The position numbers and the translations under genes were made by a program. Below are positions 1-11,867 of a stretch of 64,000 bases of DNA, in pieces. A model generated the notes under the pieces. The model searched no databases, was not told the origin of the DNA, and saw nothing but the letters and a program-made list of their open reading frames with translations. Numbering within the stretch: position 1 is the stretch's first letter; each line of letters starts with the position of its first letter. Source of the stretch: Camelus ferus (taxonomy: Eukaryota); the NCBI RefSeq assembly GCF_009834535.1, contig NC_045696.1:12216001-12280000 (forward strand). The letters run 5' to 3'.

Positions 1-432
1 ACTGATATCTTCAGTTAAAGGCAATAGGTAGTAATTATGTCTCCTATTGCTATATTTAACTATATAGCAGTTCTTAAGATTGCTCAGACTTTAAATACGA
101 AATTGTAAGATTTATTCTACTCACACTTTGTACCAAGGAAGGCTCACACTAACAATTTATTGTCATTAAAAATAAAATTGTAAAAGTTTCTTTTATGAAT
201 TGTTTTCTACACCTCCGCTGACTTGCTGACATATATGAATCTATAGCCATGCTTGATATAACCGTAAGGTAAGAACTGATTTCAGATTTATTTTAGAATA
301 TGGGTATGATAAAAACCATGCAAAAATTACAATTAAATAAAATGTCAGACAAATATATTTTATTAAATATATCCTTATTCTAGATCCTGTAAAATATTAA
401 AAAAAATTGTAACTGAGAATGTAAACTCTTTC

Positions 433-461
433 TTATTTATTTATTTATTTATTTATTTATT
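433..461. repeat. (TTTA)n microsatellite
   Basis: ttatttatttatttatttatttatttatt seen directly. Confidence 0.9.
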
Positions 462-509
462 ATGTGGAACATATTCATAATGTACAAATATGTAAAACAT
501 CTACCTTTT

Positions 510-640
510 ACTGAAGAATTTTATTGAAGACTTAGTATATGCGCAATGGGTATAACAACAATAAGATGGAGATTATACCTTTATGAATTCATAGTGGGAA
601 AACAGATACAGAAATAGATCATTATCATTCAATATCCTAT
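510..640 (-). mobile_element. degenerate LINE-2 3' remnant
   Basis: ttttattgaagacttagtatatgcgc...gtgggaaaacagatacagaaatagatcattatc resembles the antisense L2 3' region. Confidence 0.4.
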
Positions 641-656
641 CAGCGTATGGACTTAC

Positions 657-727
657 GGAGACATAAGTACTTGTACCAAAGTCTCTAAAACATGGTTCCA
701 ACCCAAGGAACTTAGCAATGGTTATGA
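657..727 (-). other. candidate 71-bp exon of an unidentified minus-strand transcript
   Basis: Acceptor atttcatttttacag|, donor TCC|gtaagt; one open frame, ITIAKFLGLEPCFRDFGTSTYVS; no homology recognised. Confidence 0.2.
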
Positions 728-1247
728 CTGTAAAAATGAAATTCAAATCAACTTTGAAAATAAAATTCAATGTTAATCTCTATAAAATGTGTAATGCATG
801 GTAACTAAAGGTGAAGTGTTTTATGTTTTAAATTGGGTATAATCATTCATTGCAGAGTCTCTATGATTTTGTTTATATGGGTATATCTCTGTGTGTATGA
901 AACAGAATGATCCAAATGATAGACACAAGAAAGTTAATGTGTTTTTATCAAAGGTTTTGTACTCTCAAATTTCCCAAACAATTGCCTGATATTGATTTGG
1001 GGCTCAAAAGACCTCTGCAGAATGACAGTGGGCATGACAGTGACCTTTGGATGGGTGAGGACATTACAGCTCTCAGACACACTCACCCTCAGACACAAAC
1101 CAGATACCTCACCATCTGCTTTGCTTCATGCTGATCACTCACTTCTTAGGTTAGATAACATCCACAGGAATGGTAAACAGATCATATATTACAATGTAAT
1201 TATCCTTCCTTAGAGATAACAAAAAAGAAATCCATTATTTCACTTAC

Positions 1248-1290
1248 TCCAGAAGGTTTGAAATTCAAAGGATAAGCAATATTTGTCCAA
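1248..1290 (-). other. candidate 43-bp exon of an unidentified minus-strand transcript
   Basis: Acceptor aatttatttcttag|, donor GGA|gtaagt; frame LDKYCLSFEFQTFW is phase-compatible with 657-727. Confidence 0.2.
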
Positions 1291-2161
1291 CTAAGAAATA
1301 AATTATAACATAAATTTTGAACATTCGGTGATGATTCTGGGATATATTTGAATACAACTATTTTCCTGAAATTCTCTTTGTAACACATTTTTAAACAAGC
1401 CTAAGTTTAGCAGAGATGAATATTACACTTTTTAAAAAGTGTTAGATTCTCTCATAGACACACTGTGGAAAATGTCAGAATAGACATACCCTTGAAGTGC
1501 TTCTGTTATGTCATGATATTGATTCCTATGATTCCAGTATAATATTTTGCCTCAAACTGTGATTTTTTAAATGAAAATGTTAAAGAAAAAAGACTTATTA
1601 ATGATCTCTCTATTTGCCAAAAATAATATTTTAAGGAGAGAGATACCCTGAATCATACAGCTCTAATAGCAAAGATTTGAGATTTTATAGTCTGGCCAGT
1701 TTGGAGACTGTTTTGAAATAACCACTCTGATTTGGCACATTATTTTGTATATTTTCCTGTTCATTCTCGTTAATTTTAAAGGTGTCTTGGACCTTGATCA
1801 TAAATAATACAATGAAGGGCAACATTTATAAAACTATGTTGCTCCTTTTTTTTTTAAAGAAGTCTTCAATTTTCTCTCTTTTATTTATACCCAAATACTC
1901 CCATTTATACCTATAATCATAAAGGTACAATGACAAAATTCTGTAGCAAAAATCACTAGATAGCAAGCTGATTTTGAGGGCACTAAGTATGATTTTTCCA
2001 ACTTCTAGTCTCCAGCCTAATAGAGAACTCAGTACTTGATAGGTTTCTTGACTAAAAGAAATAGACTAATTAATAAGACATAATCGGTTTTATGACCATA
2101 AGGATAATTAGGAGTTCATGGTCCCCTGGAATAAACCCATTCATAACCATAGCATAGTGTT

Positions 2162-2355
2162 TTTTGGTGTGTGTATATGTATGTATATATTTATTGAAGT
2201 ATAGTCAGTTTACAATGTTGTGTCAATTTCTGGTGTACAGTATAATGCTTTAGTCATACATGAACATATTAATGTTAATTTTCATATTCTTTTTCATAAG
2301 TTACTACAAGATATTGAATATAGTTTCCTTACTATACAATATGAACTTGTTGTTT
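2162..2355 (-). mobile_element. young L1 3' end (camelid type), 5'-truncated
   Basis: ttattgaagtatagtcagtttacaatgttgtgtcaatttctggtgtacag; flanked by catagcatagtgttt / catagtatagtttt (TSD-like). Confidence 0.9.
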
Positions 2356-2479
2356 CATAGTATAGTTTTTTCCACATTAGAAAAATAAAGAAAAAACAAT
2401 CCTCACATATTCCTCTCTGATTATAACTCTATGGCTCTAACTTCCACTTTAAAACCCAATTTCTGGAGATGGAATTTAT

Positions 2480-2720
2480 TTATAATTTCTGTATGGAGTA
2501 TGGTGTCTTGGTTTTCCCCCTCTCTGGCCATCTTTTATCAGTCTCTTTTGAAAGTATCCTGTCTTCCTGATTATTTTACTCATGGCCCAGATCTAAACCC
2601 CTTTTTCTTTTCACTCTATATACTCCCTCTTGTCAAACATCCAGATCTTCAACAATAACCTTGACAGATATGAGTACACTGACAATGAATTTTAAATGAA
2701 AGTACCTTGTCCTGTGTTCT
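2480..2720 (+). mobile_element. LINE-2 remnant
   Basis: Pyrimidine-rich tttcttttcactctatatactccctc...gagtacactgacaatgaa resembles the L2 ORF2 region. Confidence 0.45.
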
Positions 2721-2764
2721 CAACTTTCTTTTTTTCTGGTGGTGGGGAGGCGGAGAGGGGACAG

Positions 2765-3050
2765 CTGTAGATTCACAATTCCTTATCCACAATTCCAAAA
2801 TCCAAAATGTCCTGAAAACCAAATCTTTTTTCAAATTCTTTTGGCTGAAAACCAATGAACTGATATGAAGTCATTTGTAGCCTACATTTATCCAAATTAA
2901 AGTGACTATAATACACTTTGCTGTATCACTTTTTTATGTTAGATTAGAAGGTACTGTCTTAGATTTGTTAGAGTGCTACACATTTTTTTTAAACTGAGTT
3001 CTGAATTATGTTTAGACTCAATGGTTTTGATAAAAAGATGGTGGATTCAG
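2765..3050 (+). mobile_element. MamRep434-like TcMar-Tigger MITE
   Basis: tagattcacaattccttatccacaattccaaaatccaaaatgtcctgaaaacc ... ggttttgataaaagatggtggattc, with degenerate terminal inverted repeats; related copy at 62088. Confidence 0.7.
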
Positions 3051-3472
3051 CGTAAACATCAATTTAGGTTTGGGATTTGCCCCCAAAACTTAATTTTTCA
3101 TAAGTTTTGGCAAACCGAATTTAAGAATGATGCTATACATGTGCTGAAAATTAAAAATTAAGTTGTGCATTTAAGTTCTATCTACTATTAATTTTATGAG
3201 AAAATAAAGCAACCTTCCAATACAGCCCAGAATGAAATGTAACCAAAATTTTGATGAGAAAAGTTTTTCAAGTGCCAATATGGCTCAGTAAAATTAAATG
3301 ATTCAAGCTGGCTGTGAAATTCTCTTTTCTGTTCTAATTGAGAATGGATTCATACACTAGAAACATATTGTCTTTCATCACTTAACTATTTATCTCATGT
3401 GTGAATTCATCCACCAAGAATAAAGGAGAACATTGCAACTTCAGGGATAAAGACATCCATGTCAGAAGAGTT

Positions 3473-3586
3473 GTTTTATTTTGTTGTTGTTTTGTTTTGT
3501 CTTGTTTTTAATGGAGGTACTGGGAATTGAAACCAGGACCTTGTGCATGCTAAGTGCTCTACCACTGAGCTATTACCCTTTCCCCC
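3473..3586 (-). mobile_element. tRNA-derived SINE (camelid Vic-1-like)
   Basis: Reverse complement has A box (gctcagtggtagagc), B box (ggtttcaattccc) and A-rich tail; TSD cagaagagtt / cagaagactt. Confidence 0.9.
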
Positions 3587-3609
3587 CAGAAGACTTTTGT
3601 CATCATCAC

Positions 3610-4190
3610 CACTCACTCTCTATATCCAGTTAAAACCTAAGTCCTACCTCCACTATCTTCTTTCTCAAGTCTTTCCACTTCTATTAGTTTTCACTGTTCC
3701 AGTGCGAGTTACCATTATCTTTCACCTGCACAGCTGTGGTGACCTCTAACTAATCTCCCAAAACCTGCTATCATTCCCTTCCTAGACAGTCTACAATTTG
3801 CAACCAGATCAAGTTTATAAAGCACAGACCTGGTCCTGTTACAACATTGCATAAAACCGTCTAGTAATAATCTCATGATAAAGTCTCTAACCCATAATGT
3901 TGCCTTTCAGGAAGTGGCCACTGGGCTCCTCTCCAGGCTCAGCTCCCAATATGCCCCTATTTGCTCTCCGCACTCCAACCACCATTGCCTTCTTTCATGT
4001 GGGCCTCTGCACACAATGTTTTTTTTCACATGAAATAATCTCTCCTTCTACTTCTTTGCTAAGTGAACGCCTACTAATTAGCAGTTTTGTCCTTAATGCC
4101 ACTTCCTCAGGATAACCCTTCCTAAATTATAGGCCTGAGTTTATGAGACTTTCTTTGCCTTCTATACCTCTTTATATCACAAATGCAACT
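3610..4190 (+). mobile_element. LINE-2 3' region remnant
   Basis: accattatctttcacctgcacagctgtggtgacctctaac ... aatgccacttcctcaggataacccttcct, typical of L2. Confidence 0.75.
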
Positions 4191-4204
4191 GTGATCATTG
4201 TCAC

Positions 4205-4729
4205 TATACTTCATCAAATTGAAATCTGTTCATTTTAAGATATGTTATTTAGGAAAAACTGCCAATTAAACCATGGCATTTTGATTTTTATCTCTTGGAA
4301 TTTTGATTTTACACTTATCAAAAGGGTTTTTTACCTTATCTAGACCTATATTTTTATAATACCCCACTCTTTTGCAAAAATTAAAAATAACAGATATTTA
4401 CTAAAGTATTTATGAAACATCTTTATATTCACTCAAAGAGCAAATAATATGAAATACTTTTCAAGTAAGCATGGTCGGTGTCTATACTTGCCAAGCACAG
4501 TGACATCTTCTGTGTCTTCAGGAATATCAATGATGTTGGATTTCTTAAAAAGAGTGTTTCATTTTTGTGTCTTCCCAGTTGCTGTCATTCATTTTGGACT
4601 TTTTAACATCTGTACATACTACAGCATAACTAATAACAAGACATTGGTGATTGTAAGATGCCTTGCAATTTCAGAGATGTTAAAACGGAAGGAAGAATAA
4701 TATACATTTTAGAATCAAACAGTTTGGTA
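4205..4729. mobile_element. Kanga/MER104-like TcMar-Tc2 DNA transposon remnant
   Basis: Ends tatacttcatcaaattg and ttagaatcaaacagtttggta; subterminal gattgtaagatgccttgcaatttcagagatgttaaaa. Confidence 0.6.
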
Positions 4730-5295
4730 AATATTTAGATAATTACTTGTTTAATGCCTATGCCAAGTGCTGGATTTTCACATTCATATGCTTGGACTTC
4801 CCATTTCATTCCAATAGTTAAGACTTTGAGTCAACCTCTCTCATCAAGAATATTACAGTCATCTGTATCTGGTAGCCCTTTTTCCAAAGAAATCTCATGT
4901 TGTAGAGTTTCAGATTATATATCTGCTTGGCCACCAGGTACAAGAAAACAGCTAGCACCTCCAAGAGCTTACAATGATGCGAAGATTATCAAAGGGGACT
5001 TCTTTCCACTGTACTACACCCAGCCCATCAAAGAGCTGCCTAAGTCTGTCACTGCATACAGCATAGAAAAGTATTTATGAAATTGTACAAACCTGCTGTT
5101 TTCACCTCATTTACTGCCATGGCATCAAAAGCAGCACCTGTATCTCCCTCAACACACAGCACTCTGTCCCTTCTGTGAGTCCCTACATTTGCTGCTGCCT
5201 GCTGAGTACCCCTACCTCCCTAATCATTCTTCCAGATGTTTTTACCTCTCAGACTTCTTTAATAATTTGTACCTCTCTTTATATATATATATATA

Positions 5296-5383
5296 AAATC
5301 ATGAAAGTGAACTCTTCATTAATGGGATGAGTGCCCTTGTAAGAAGAAGCCAGGGAACTTTCTTCCCACCATGTTAGGAACCT
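5296..5383 (+). repeat. perfect 88-bp inverted duplicate of 5874-5961
   Basis: Base-by-base reverse-complement identity, checked by eye. Confidence 0.95.
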
Positions 5384-5724
5384 TTTACATATATGTATAA
5401 AATCAGGACAAGAATCCAGCCCCAGAAGTTAAGACAGTGCCTAGTAATACTGATGATGGGAGAAGAGTTCTTCAAAATCTTGTTATGAAGACTAAACCTG
5501 AGGCCATACTTAGTCCAGGAACTCGCATGAGGTATGGAACAGATACACAGGGTTCACAGATAGAGATAGCAAGAGCCAAAATCTGGTAAGGAGGGTTGTG
5601 AAAGCAGGAGGGCAATGAGCGACATGAAAAATACCAAGACAAAAAGAGAAATTGGAGGTTATTTAGCTTGGGAAACATTAAGAAACTCTGAGCACAGGGC
5701 CTCTAGCTGCTAATCCAGTTACTC

Positions 5725-6058
5725 AGTATATTAGTCTGCTAGGGCAGTTACAACAAAATACCATAAACTGGGTGACGTAGTAAGCAACAGAAGTTTATTT
5801 CTCACAATTATGGAGTCTGGAAGTCCAATGTCAGAGTTCCAGGCTGGTTGAGTTCTGGTCAGAGCCCTCTTCCAGGTTCCTAACATGGTGGGAAGAAAGT
5901 TCCCTGGCTTCTTCTTACAAGGGCACTCATCCCATTAATGAAGAGTTCACTTTCATGATTTAATTACCAGCTAAATGGTCCCAAATTCAAATGTCATCAC
6001 TTTGGGAATTAGGGCTTCAACATATGAATTTTATAGGGCATAAATTGAGTTCATTGCA
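5725..6058 (-). mobile_element. MaLR solo LTR (MLT1A/MST-like)
   Basis: gtatattagtctgctagggcagttacaacaaaataccataaactggg ... agggcttcaacatatgaatttt. Confidence 0.85.
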
Positions 6059-6169
6059 CTAAGTAATCATTATTTGTTGAATAAACAAAATTTGAAGTAC
6101 TACAATTCAATGTAATAAGATTTAAATAATAAAAGGAAAACAAGAAAGAAAATATTTCATGTTAAAGCT

Positions 6170-6637
6170 ACTGTAGTGAGTTGAATAGTGCCTCCCCATC
6201 TTCACATCCACCTGGAATCACAAAATGTGACTTTAGTTGGAAATAGAATCTTTACTAGGTGTAATCAGTTAAGGACCTCATGATGAGATCATCCTGGATT
6301 TAGGATGGGTCTTAAGTTCCATAACTGAAGTCTTAATAAGAAGAGAAGACACAGAAAGTTACAAGAAGGAGATGGAGGCAGAGACTGTTTATGCTGCCAC
6401 AAGCCAAGGAACACCAGAAGCCCCCAGAAGCTGGAAGAAGCATTCTCCCCTAAAACATGACCCTGCCACCATCTTGATTGCAGGCTTCTGGCCTCCAGAA
6501 CTGTGATAAAGTAAATTTGTTTTGTTTTTTAGTTTTGGGGTTTTTTTTTTTTTAACTTTTATTTGTACTGAAGAATAGTTGATTTACAATGTTGTGTTAG
6601 TTTCAGGTATACAGCAAAGTGATTCAAATATACATAT

Positions 6638-6671
<34 letters not shown>

Positions 6672-6676
6672 TAGTA

Positions 6677-6722
<46 letters not shown>

Positions 6723-6941
6723 CAGATTCTTTTCCATTATAGGTTATTACCAGATATTGAATATAGTTCCTTATGCTATATGATAAGTCCTTGCTGATTA
6801 TCTGTTTTATGTATAGTAGTGTGTATATGTTAATCCTAAACTCCTAATTTATACCCCCCACCCCTTTTCCCTTTGGTAACCATAAATTTCTGGGTTTTTT
6901 AAACCTCCAAGTTTTTACATCAAGCCTAAAATAACTAATAC
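6170..6941 (+). mobile_element. MaLR solo LTR (MLT1B/C-like), interrupted by an L1 tail
   Basis: tgtagtgagttgaatagtg ... ggcttctggcctccagaactgtga ... aactaataca. Confidence 0.85.
6525..6883 (-). mobile_element. L1 3' end with internal (TG)n(TA)n microsatellite
   Basis: polyT, then gaagaatagttgatttacaatgttgtgttagtttcagg ... ccctttggtaaccataa; dinucleotide tract at ~6640-6720. Confidence 0.9.
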
Positions 6942-6959
6942 AGATTTTTCCCCCAATAC

Positions 6960-7135
6960 AATCATCCAAACCACCCTAATGAGTAAATGCTACTATCTTT
7001 ATTTTTCAAACATAGAAGCAAAATCAGAGGGGTTAAGTAAGTAGCTGAGGACCGCCTAGATGATAAATCACAAAACTGAGATTAGAACCCATGTTTATTT
7101 AATTCTAAAGTCCTATCCTCTCTTTACAATGTTAT
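6960..7135 (-). mobile_element. MIR SINE remnant
   Basis: Core cagaggggttaagtaagtagctgagg ... gagattagaaccca. Confidence 0.7.
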
Positions 7136-7424
7136 ACACTATTTGAGAGAAATGGTACTATAACTTGGAAAGATTCCCTTTTTAAAATAATTACAATAAT
7201 AAGTTAAGAGGATAAAATATTAAACATCTATTAGATAGAAAATGTTTATCTGTAGAATACTTTATTCTGAGACAATGCAGAATAAATAAAGCATCACTGC
7301 CCATGCTCTTATACAATAATTCTATGGAGTTGAGTGTCCTCTATCTGCCAAGTTTCAGTTTCAACCCTATGTATGAGGTACTGTTTATGGTACCCGTTTT
7401 ATACATGTTGAGAAGGAGACTTAG

Positions 7425-7942
7425 AAGGTCTAGTAAACAGAATAATGCCCTCCCAAAGATATCTGCATAATCACTGGAATCCACATAATCCACATAGTCA
7501 TTGGACTATATTACTATATATGGAAAAATGTATATGATTTAAGTTAAGGGTCTTGAGATAGGGAGATTATCCTGGATTACCTGGTGGGGCCCAAGGCAAT
7601 CACAAAGGTCCTTATAAAAGAAAGAGGGAGAAAAGAGAGTTAGAGAAGGAGATGTGATGACAGCAGAAGTAAAGAGAGAGAAATTTGAAGATGCTGCGCT
7701 TCTGGCCTTGAAGATGGAGGATGAGGCCATGAGCCAAGGAATGCTGGTGGTACCCAGAGACAAGGAAAGACCAGGGAATAGATTCTCCCCTATAGTCTCC
7801 AGAAGTACAGCCCTGCCAAAACTTTGAGCTTAGGACCTAGACCTCAAGAATTATTAAAGAATAAACTTGTTTATTAAAGAATAAGCTCTAAATTGCTTAA
7901 TTTGCAGTAATCTGTTACAGCAAAAACAGAACGTTAATCCAG
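7425..7942 (+). mobile_element. MaLR solo LTR (MLT1D-like)
   Basis: cagaataatgccctcccaaagat ... gagatagggagattatcctggattacc ... tgttacagcaaaaacagaacgttaatcca. Confidence 0.85.
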
Positions 7943-8931
7943 AGGCACCGGGAGTTTTCTCATTGACCTTCATATGAAGGGCACAGCTGGAGCACAGGCT
8001 GCTCTGTCACCACGTTTCATAGTGCCTCTCCTCTTAGTGGTGGGAAATTCACATGCAGGAAAAAAGACCAACCACACTAGCAAAAAAGGTGTGCCTCAGT
8101 CTACTCAACTGGAATCATACATTTTCTACAAGTACAATAGGGGAAAAATGAGCCTAATAAGTATTTGTGAATGATAAACTACCACTTGTTCCTAAATGCA
8201 GAGGGAAAAAAGTGTTCTCAAATTTTATTAAGTTTAAATTTTAGCCAGATGTATATCCCTTTGTTGTGGACTCAAATTTGATCACAGTCCAAGTCTTTTT
8301 CCATGTCTCCTCTTAGTTGGTTTATTTCCAAAAGCAGATGAAAATTACAGTTGTCCAACTCTGACTTGTTACAAAATATATCTTTTTCTGTTTACATAAA
8401 GAGGTGCAAGTTTACTCAAACTCAGTTAACTCATGGTTAGCCTCAAATGTCACAAACTTAAGAATTATTTTTTCCACTATATTGTGTTTCACAAGGATTG
8501 TTTCACATTTATTGTTAAATTGTAGTTAAAGAAGTATTCAATTGATAATTTATTTCTTTCTGGGTTAAATACAGCATCTTCAAAGAGATATTAAAAACTT
8601 CAAAAAAAGACTGTTGTATATGTAAGCATACTTTTAGTTAAAAAGACATTCACCTTATTTTGACTTTCTAATATATACAATGCCAAAGTATGTATTACTT
8701 TTTTTACAGGCAAAGATCTTCCTATAATGTGTGATAGCACATGTCTAAAATACTGTTCCATGTGGGGAAATAAATAGAGTCCGCAGTCCCTGTTTCCAAA
8801 TAGTTTGGTTAGGAAATGAGAATATATGCTCAAGATATGGCTAATAAGTAAATATTTGAATCTAGTAAATCCCTAAATGCACTCCACTCCCTGTACCAGC
8901 CAGTTTCCACATTGCAATTAGAAGACGTAAT

Positions 8932-9030
8932 ATTTTATTTTATTTTTCTTAGTGGAGGTACTAGGGATTGAACCCAGGGCCTCATACATGCTAAGCATAT
9001 GCTCTACTACTGAGCTATACCCTCACCCCT
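8932..9030 (-). mobile_element. tRNA-derived SINE (camelid Vic-1-like)
   Basis: ggaggtactagggattgaacccagggcctcatacatgctaagcatatgctctactactgagctataccc. Confidence 0.9.
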
Positions 9031-9419
9031 TGGAACAAGTGATATTAATGACAGTGTCATGGCAGACTTTTTTCTTTTTTTTTTTTCCTTTTCTCTTTGT
9101 TGAAAAGGTCCAGTGAGGCTTCACTGAATAGTTGTGATTCAACTGTTGGAGTGAAGGATGTTCAGCACCTGATTGCGGCAGGTGGGAAATGGCAGAAAGT
9201 GTCAGGCTTGGTCAACGGGTGACTGGTTTTACTAAAGTGGAGTTGCTTTGGGGGGAGGCGCCTGAGACTGCACAGATAAGTCAAGGTCAAGCTACAAAAG
9301 ACCTTGAATTTTGAGCTGTAAGATCTGTGTTTGATTTTTCACATTTGGGACACTATTTTCTTAAAAATGTTTAGTAGAACATAATACATAGAATCCAGAG
9401 GAAAGTCAGTTTATTTGGG

Positions 9420-9600
9420 CTCTAATCAATGCTAGTTGTTGCTCTAGGCAAGATGCTTTTTCCTTCTTTGCTTTTATTTGCTCATCTTAAAAATGGTCTA
9501 ATAAATAAGCCACATCCTCACAGAGTCACTGTGAAGATTCAGTGTGTTAATATAGAAAAATGCTTAAAATGGTGCCTAGCCACAAAAAGTGCCGAGAAAT
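9420..9600 (+). mobile_element. MIR SINE remnant
   Basis: ctaggcaagatgc...ctcatcttaaaaatgg...gtgaagattcagtg...ggtgcctagc; explains the first part of ORF 9429-9869. Confidence 0.7.
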
Positions 9601-9827
9601 GTTTTTTTACTCTTCCACAGAACACAGGTACTAAAAAGACTTCAGAGACAGCTAAATACGATTTCTCTCTACAGGTGATTTCAACAGCTTTGAGCAATCC
9701 AGCGGAGGAAATCCTTTTTTTTTTAAGTTTAATTTTCTTTCAGCCAATGTTTTATGAAATTGGGTTATTTTATATTTTTAATTATTTATTTGTTGTAGTA
9801 TTTATTTTATTACAGAGTCAAGCATTC

Positions 9828-10098
9828 TTTACTTTCTTTTTTTTTTTATTGAAGTACAGTCAGTTATAATGTGTCAGTTTCTGGTGTACAGCACAATGTC
9901 CCAGTCATGCATATACATATGTATATTCATTTTCATATTCTTTTTCATTAAAGTTTATTACAAGATATTGAACATAGATCCCTGTGCTATACAGAAGAAA
10001 CTTTTTAAGTCTATTTTTATATATAGTTGCTAATATTTGTAAATCTCAAACTCCCAAATTTATCCCTTCCCAACCCCTTTCCCCCAGTAACCATAAGA
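9828..10098 (-). mobile_element. young L1 3' end
   Basis: polyT, then ttattgaagtacagtcagttataatgtgtcagtttctggtgtacag; TSD tcaagcatt on both sides. Confidence 0.9.
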
Positions 10099-10198
10099 TG
10101 ACTCAAGCATTTTAAACAGCACTATTTATATTCTATAATGCAGTTTTGGAAATCTGTTTTGCAAAACAGAAAATCCTCCTTTATCTATGAAACAAATA

Positions 10199-11641
10199 CA
10201 GTCAGTTCTTGCTGTTTGGGCTTATGTGTTCTAAAAAATCCCCCACAAACACCAAAGATGCAAAAACTGAATAACTGCTTCTATGTGAGACACAAGGTTA
10301 GGTCCCCATGAACCTCTGCTCACATTTTCTTCAACCTAAACACCATTTCCATTATAGGTTTCCCCCACTTTCCGAGAGCATTACTATAAAAACTTTCACA
10401 AGCTGAAACTACATAAAGTCAAGAAGCAATTACTTTAGGACACATCTTGCTAAGGAAGGCACAAAATAATGAGATGAAGTGCAGATGGTCAAGTTACAGT
10501 TCAAAACCATGGACACTTGACGCTGAGTTCCTGGGGAAGGAGCTTGGCGGCGCCACCCTCACTGCTCTGCTCAGGATGTGCGCTGCCACTGCAACAGCTG
10601 GCTGCAAAATGAACGCTGAACGCTATTTCCAATTTTCACCTTTTTGCACCAAAGTGAAAATCCTCCTTGGATGTATTTCAGTTAGCGAAAACATGTACTA
10701 ATGTAGATCTTCTGTAAACGCAGCGGAAGCCTGCATATTGATTTGTTAACATCTTCCTGAAACTAGCCAGACTTCCATCAGAGTAGAAAACCTGCTCTTA
10801 TATAAAACCCTCTTTCCACTTAATATTGAGGATATTATTTTTAAAACTTTCTACATATTCTGATCTGAAGAATCTATCCCTCCTGCAAGTTTAATGTTTT
10901 TACAACATAATCATCTTTTGAAATGTGAGTCCTTACCATCACAAGCCACTCGAGAATTGGTTTACAGTAACATGATGTGACCGGCAATTTCTTGGGCATT
11001 CAGCTTCCCAGCAGACTTGTCCACTACACTTTTTTCTCAGTGGTCAGCTCAGCAATCCACAGAGTCAGCCACTTTTCCATCATGCCTGTAGTTTTCTCAT
11101 GCACTCTGCGGGTGACTTTCACTCTTTGGGGGCCTCACAAAAAGATTGGCCAATTTCCTCTTCCTTTTTCTGGATGTGCCGTATTGTCGGTTTGTTAACA
11201 TTGAACTTGAGGCCAACAGCACCAAAAACTCATGCCTAGTTAAAAGAAGGATGTGTCTCTAACACATGTATTTTCTGCATTTAGGAATGCTAGGTTGCAC
11301 TTCAGCACTACTCCTGGGGGTCATTTTGAACAGTGTAATTTAAATAAATAAAATAATAAGAAAATAAGTAAGTGGCACAATAATGTAAAAAATATAACCT
11401 TAAACAGAACAGGAAAAGGACAGTTGTTTTCTGGCACAGAGCTGAAATGAGAAGGCGGAACATCACCTTGTTTTTCCCTGGCTGGGAGCCTTTACATCAA
11501 GTGACTCAATTTTTTGTCACTCAGCACACATCCATGAATGCCCATTAAAGTGCTGCAGGTATTGATTTAGGGATTGAAAATAAATTTGAGTGGGTAGGAA
11601 AATTTGTAATAACCATATCCAAAACTAATGAGGATTAACTG
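10199..11641 (-). mobile_element. Tigger-family DNA transposon (Tigger9-like ends) with decayed transposase
   Basis: Ends TA-cagtcagttct... and ...gaggattaactg-TA; minus strand of ~10740-11240 translates to AVGLKFNVNKPTIRHIQKKEEEI, MMEKWLTLWI, KNIKLAG and EQVFYSD (CENP-B HTH plus start of the DDE domain). Confidence 0.85.
10355..10733. mobile_element. second Tigger-type MITE nested in the first
   Basis: Inverted termini ta-taggtttcccccactttcc ... gcggaagcctg-ca; interior unrelated to the host element. Confidence 0.75.
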
Positions 11642-11867
11642 TATGATGATAACATCACTTGTACAAGAGGCTGTTTTGCAACAGGAGATTGGAGGATGAA
11701 GATATTGCTAAGAGGATGGATGAAGGGAATGCTCACCTCTTCAGGTGTCTCTGATTTTCATAATGACTGCAAGGTTAATGTTAAATAAGATAGTCCTGGT
11801 AGAATGTACTTGCATGTGTCATGACTTGCCATGGTTATGTGATAAAAGACAGTTTTAAAGTCATTGA

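Noticed and set aside
9620..9673. Plus-strand exon candidate (ttccacag|...CAG|gtgatt)
   Set aside because: Isolated, with a moderate donor, an unrecognised peptide and no partner exons
9429..9869. 146-aa ORF
   Set aside because: Runs from a MIR through low-complexity DNA into an L1 polyT tail; not gene-like
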